Assembly: GCA_946965045.2 (NCBI GenBank)
Contig: OX337229.1
Coordinates: forward strand, 5,332,001-5,396,000
DNA: 64,000 nucleotides
DNA from: Epithemia pelagica
Lineage: Eukaryota; Protista; Bacillariophyta
Direction: 5' to 3'
Shown piece by piece: positions 61,599 to 64,000 of this stretch (its first letter is position 1; each line of letters opens with the position of its first letter). The notes under the pieces were generated by a model. It had not been told where the DNA came from. It made no database searches and saw only the letters and a program-made list of their open reading frames with translations. A program made the position numbers and the translations under genes.

Positions 61599-61688
61599 AC
61601 TATCCAGTATCCAGTATCGAAAAATGCCAGTGTAGTTGTGAAGACTATCCAGTATCCAGTATCGAAAAATGCCAGTGTAGTTGTGAAG
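61599..61688. repeat. Perfect tandem duplication, 2 x 45 bp
   Basis: ACTATCCAGTATCCAGTATCGAAAAATGCCAGTGTAGTTGTGAAG at 61599-61643 and 61644-61688. Confidence 0.95.
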
Positions 61689-61726
61689 GAATTGAGCATG
61701 GTATCGGAACTCTACGGTTTTATGGT

Positions 61727-62394
61727 TTAGACCATACTAATGTGTCCCTCGGGGTAGGTACAAAAGCCAATGCCGGGTTGATCCGGATCGGGTTGACAGG
61801 CCATGGGTCCGCACGAACCACCCGCACGAGCAGTGGCTCGCAAGGCGGCATGGTCTTCTTCTTCAGGACTGTAGACAATGGCACAATACTTTTCGCCATT
61901 CGAAGTTTGCAAGACACAAAAGGGAAGCTGTAATGAGCGACAAACGTGCACCACCCACGAGAGCGAGGAACAAACAAACGTTGGTCAGAGAGAGAAAGAA
62001 CCCCTTCCATATCCTTGACAGAGAGTGACACCCTTGTCGGATGCAACACAAACACACACACACGTACCCCAGTGACACCTTCGGGAACATCCGAGGTGCA
62101 AGCGTCCGAATCTGGATCACAGGGAGGAGCACAAAAGGTTCCTGGAACACCCATGATACGAATTGGGATTTCTTCCGCAAAGGTACACGGAGGTTCCTCG
62201 TAATGATGAGACCCGCCTTGCTTGGGTTCCGTGGTGATACTGTCAAGTGTGGTAGAGGTTTTCGTCATGGGCAAGGCCACTTTGGTATACACAAAGGGCT
62301 TGGATTCCTCCGTCGTTAGGACTTGGGCAGAAGAAGAAGCTTCCATGGACACCATGGAGAGAAGGAACAACACACAGGTGGAAGAAAACGCCAT
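61727..62394 (-). CDS. Small secreted Cys-rich protein, 2 exons (intron 61928-62067), 175 aa
   Basis: Signal peptide MAFSSTCVLFLLSMVSMEASS; HYEEPPC...GVPGTFCAPPC...DVPEGVTG|LPFCVLQ...KYCAI...CG...CQP...GIGFCTY; phase-0 intron GGG|GTACGT...TACAG|CTT. Confidence 0.85.
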
Positions 62395-64000
62395 GATTCT
62401 GCAAGAGTCTGGTTGATGCTGCTGATGGCGATGATGACAATGCCTCACTGGAAATCCCAAGGTATTTATGAGCAGCAAAAGGAACAAACTAAGAATGTGC
62501 GAGGAATCATGTCCACCATTGATCTTTCACACCAAAAGCTGCTCGAAAGATTTCCCCCAATCTTCAATTGAAACAACGACGCACGGACGTCCAGGACTTA
62601 CTTTGATGAAAACTGCGAGACAAAGTGCCAACTGCCATGACAGCCGGTCATGTGAGCATGAGACGTATCTCTAGTCTGGATGGATCAATTTGGACTCACA
62701 GCGATTTGGACGTCTCTGACTGTTGGATCCATGCAGTGGCGCTGGTTGCATTCTACATTGTTGACAACACCGGACCAAGCACCATCACTTCGACTTTGGT
62801 GTCATCATTCCATCACCTTGGTTTTGGATCGCATTACAATGGCATTTGTAGTAATGAGGACCGCCTGACCTCTTGATTTTGCGTTCTTTTGTCGCTCATT
62901 TCTGCGTGTTCATCTTTTTGGGATCCGTTTCTTTAGTGAGCGACACAAATGCGCTCCTTGCTATGCAGAACAACGACAACTTAGGGCGTAACAAATGCTG
63001 TGTGCCACCGTACCTTCCGCCAGGCTTTTTTGTCGTGCCATTCTCCCGTGTGAACCCAGTTCCGCTTTATAATGGTCCACCCAACACCCAACCTCCCTCT
63101 CCGCGTCCGAGTCATGACGCATCATGAGATTCTTCCACAGCAACGGGACGATGATTTCCGAGGTTCTGTGAATGGAAGAACCGGGACCCTCTTTGCGATA
63201 CCGAGATCCGTTTGAGACAATGGTCGATTTGAACGGTATGGTCCGGAAACGGGAAGGACTTTATTCACCCAGCGTTGTTTGCCTCGATAGCTCTTAGCTG
63301 CCGTTGTGATTTGGACAAATCCTCCAAGGATATATCTTGTTTCGCGACGAAAGCACAAATCTTGGTGATCCATTCGACTTGGAGGCTTTCACCCGGTCGA
63401 AAGTATAGGGGTTTCCTCATCCCAATTCCTAAAGAGATAGATTGGTTCGACGTTCATCGACCATCGACCTCCTTCCCCTCTCTGTTCCTTCCCTCTTTCT
63501 CTCAAAAGATTTGATTTGTGAGGAAAGGATGAGGGCGCGTCCGGCGAACGAATGGCCTGCGCGCAATGCCGAGCCTTCCGGGACGAATTTCGCGGCGCAA
63601 CATCTGCGCTCACAAAAACTTTGCTTCAACAGTCAGAGGTCAGAGGTGGATGGCAGTTTAAAAAATGCAAAAAACAAAAAAGCCACTGAGGCAAATATCA
63701 TGAGCTGTACTGTTGTTTTCGGTTCCCCCTTGGCAATTCAATCCCATCATTTGACGCTCCTTTTACATCGCTCGATTCTCTCTGGCGAATTGCGAACACC
63801 CAAAACAAATTGTGGACGATGAGGAATGAACGAGACCTCCAAAACAGCAACGAGAGAGATAAGGAATGTCGAAGTGTCTTTAGCTCACACGCTCACACCA
63901 AGTATCCTCAGCCATTCCTTGGCAACCAGGTCACTTGTGGACGTTCCTTGGACCTTGGTCAGACTTGTCGGCCAGAATGCTCTGTTTCATGAGCCGTTCA

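Noticed and set aside
62576-63992. Scattered 60-126-aa ORFs at the window end
   Set aside because: No consistent frame, splice pattern or motif; possibly a relic but unsupported.
1-64000. tRNA, rRNA or prokaryotic operon/defence features
   Set aside because: Only short tRNA-complementary PBS segments were seen, with no full cloverleaf or rRNA signature; introns and TE content indicate eukaryotic nuclear DNA.

Overview
Eukaryotic nuclear DNA, most likely a pennate diatom (inferred from CoDi-type copia elements, 73-140 bp GT-AG introns and low-complexity protein families). About 30% is recently inserted mobile DNA. (1) A Ty1/copia element (1-10942, 5' LTR cut by the window edge) has gag and pol in one frame, separated by a single TGA followed by a CARYYA motif and a GC hairpin 8 nt downstream. 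Its PBS looks complementary to the D-arm of initiator tRNA-Met, and RT carries a 1-nt frameshift. (2) A 4.7-kb piggyBac-like element (6210-10881, TTAA TSD, 14-bp TIRs) is nested in that element's 3' LTR and carries a convergent passenger ORF resembling the P2X7 'ballast' domain. (3) A second, intact copia element (46310-54600; 758-bp LTRs with no differences seen, TCCTC TSD) has an extra ORF upstream of gag, a PBS matching the tRNA-Asn anticodon arm and a chromodomain-like module. It splits a host EF-hand/membrane-tail gene that re-joins in frame. Host genes include a bacterial-type aquaporin with a Cys-rich N-terminus, a FUSC/ALMT-type exporter, a 1774-aa protein with 11 RGD-containing charge-block repeats, a TMEM151 homolog, a disrupted ~1940-aa EGF/FN3 surface protein, a DEDDy exonuclease-Ycf45/SpoIIIAA ATPase fusion, an ABC half-transporter and several low-complexity or secreted proteins. 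No rRNA, tRNA gene or CRISPR array was seen. All family assignments rest on motif recognition by eye; no database search was run.
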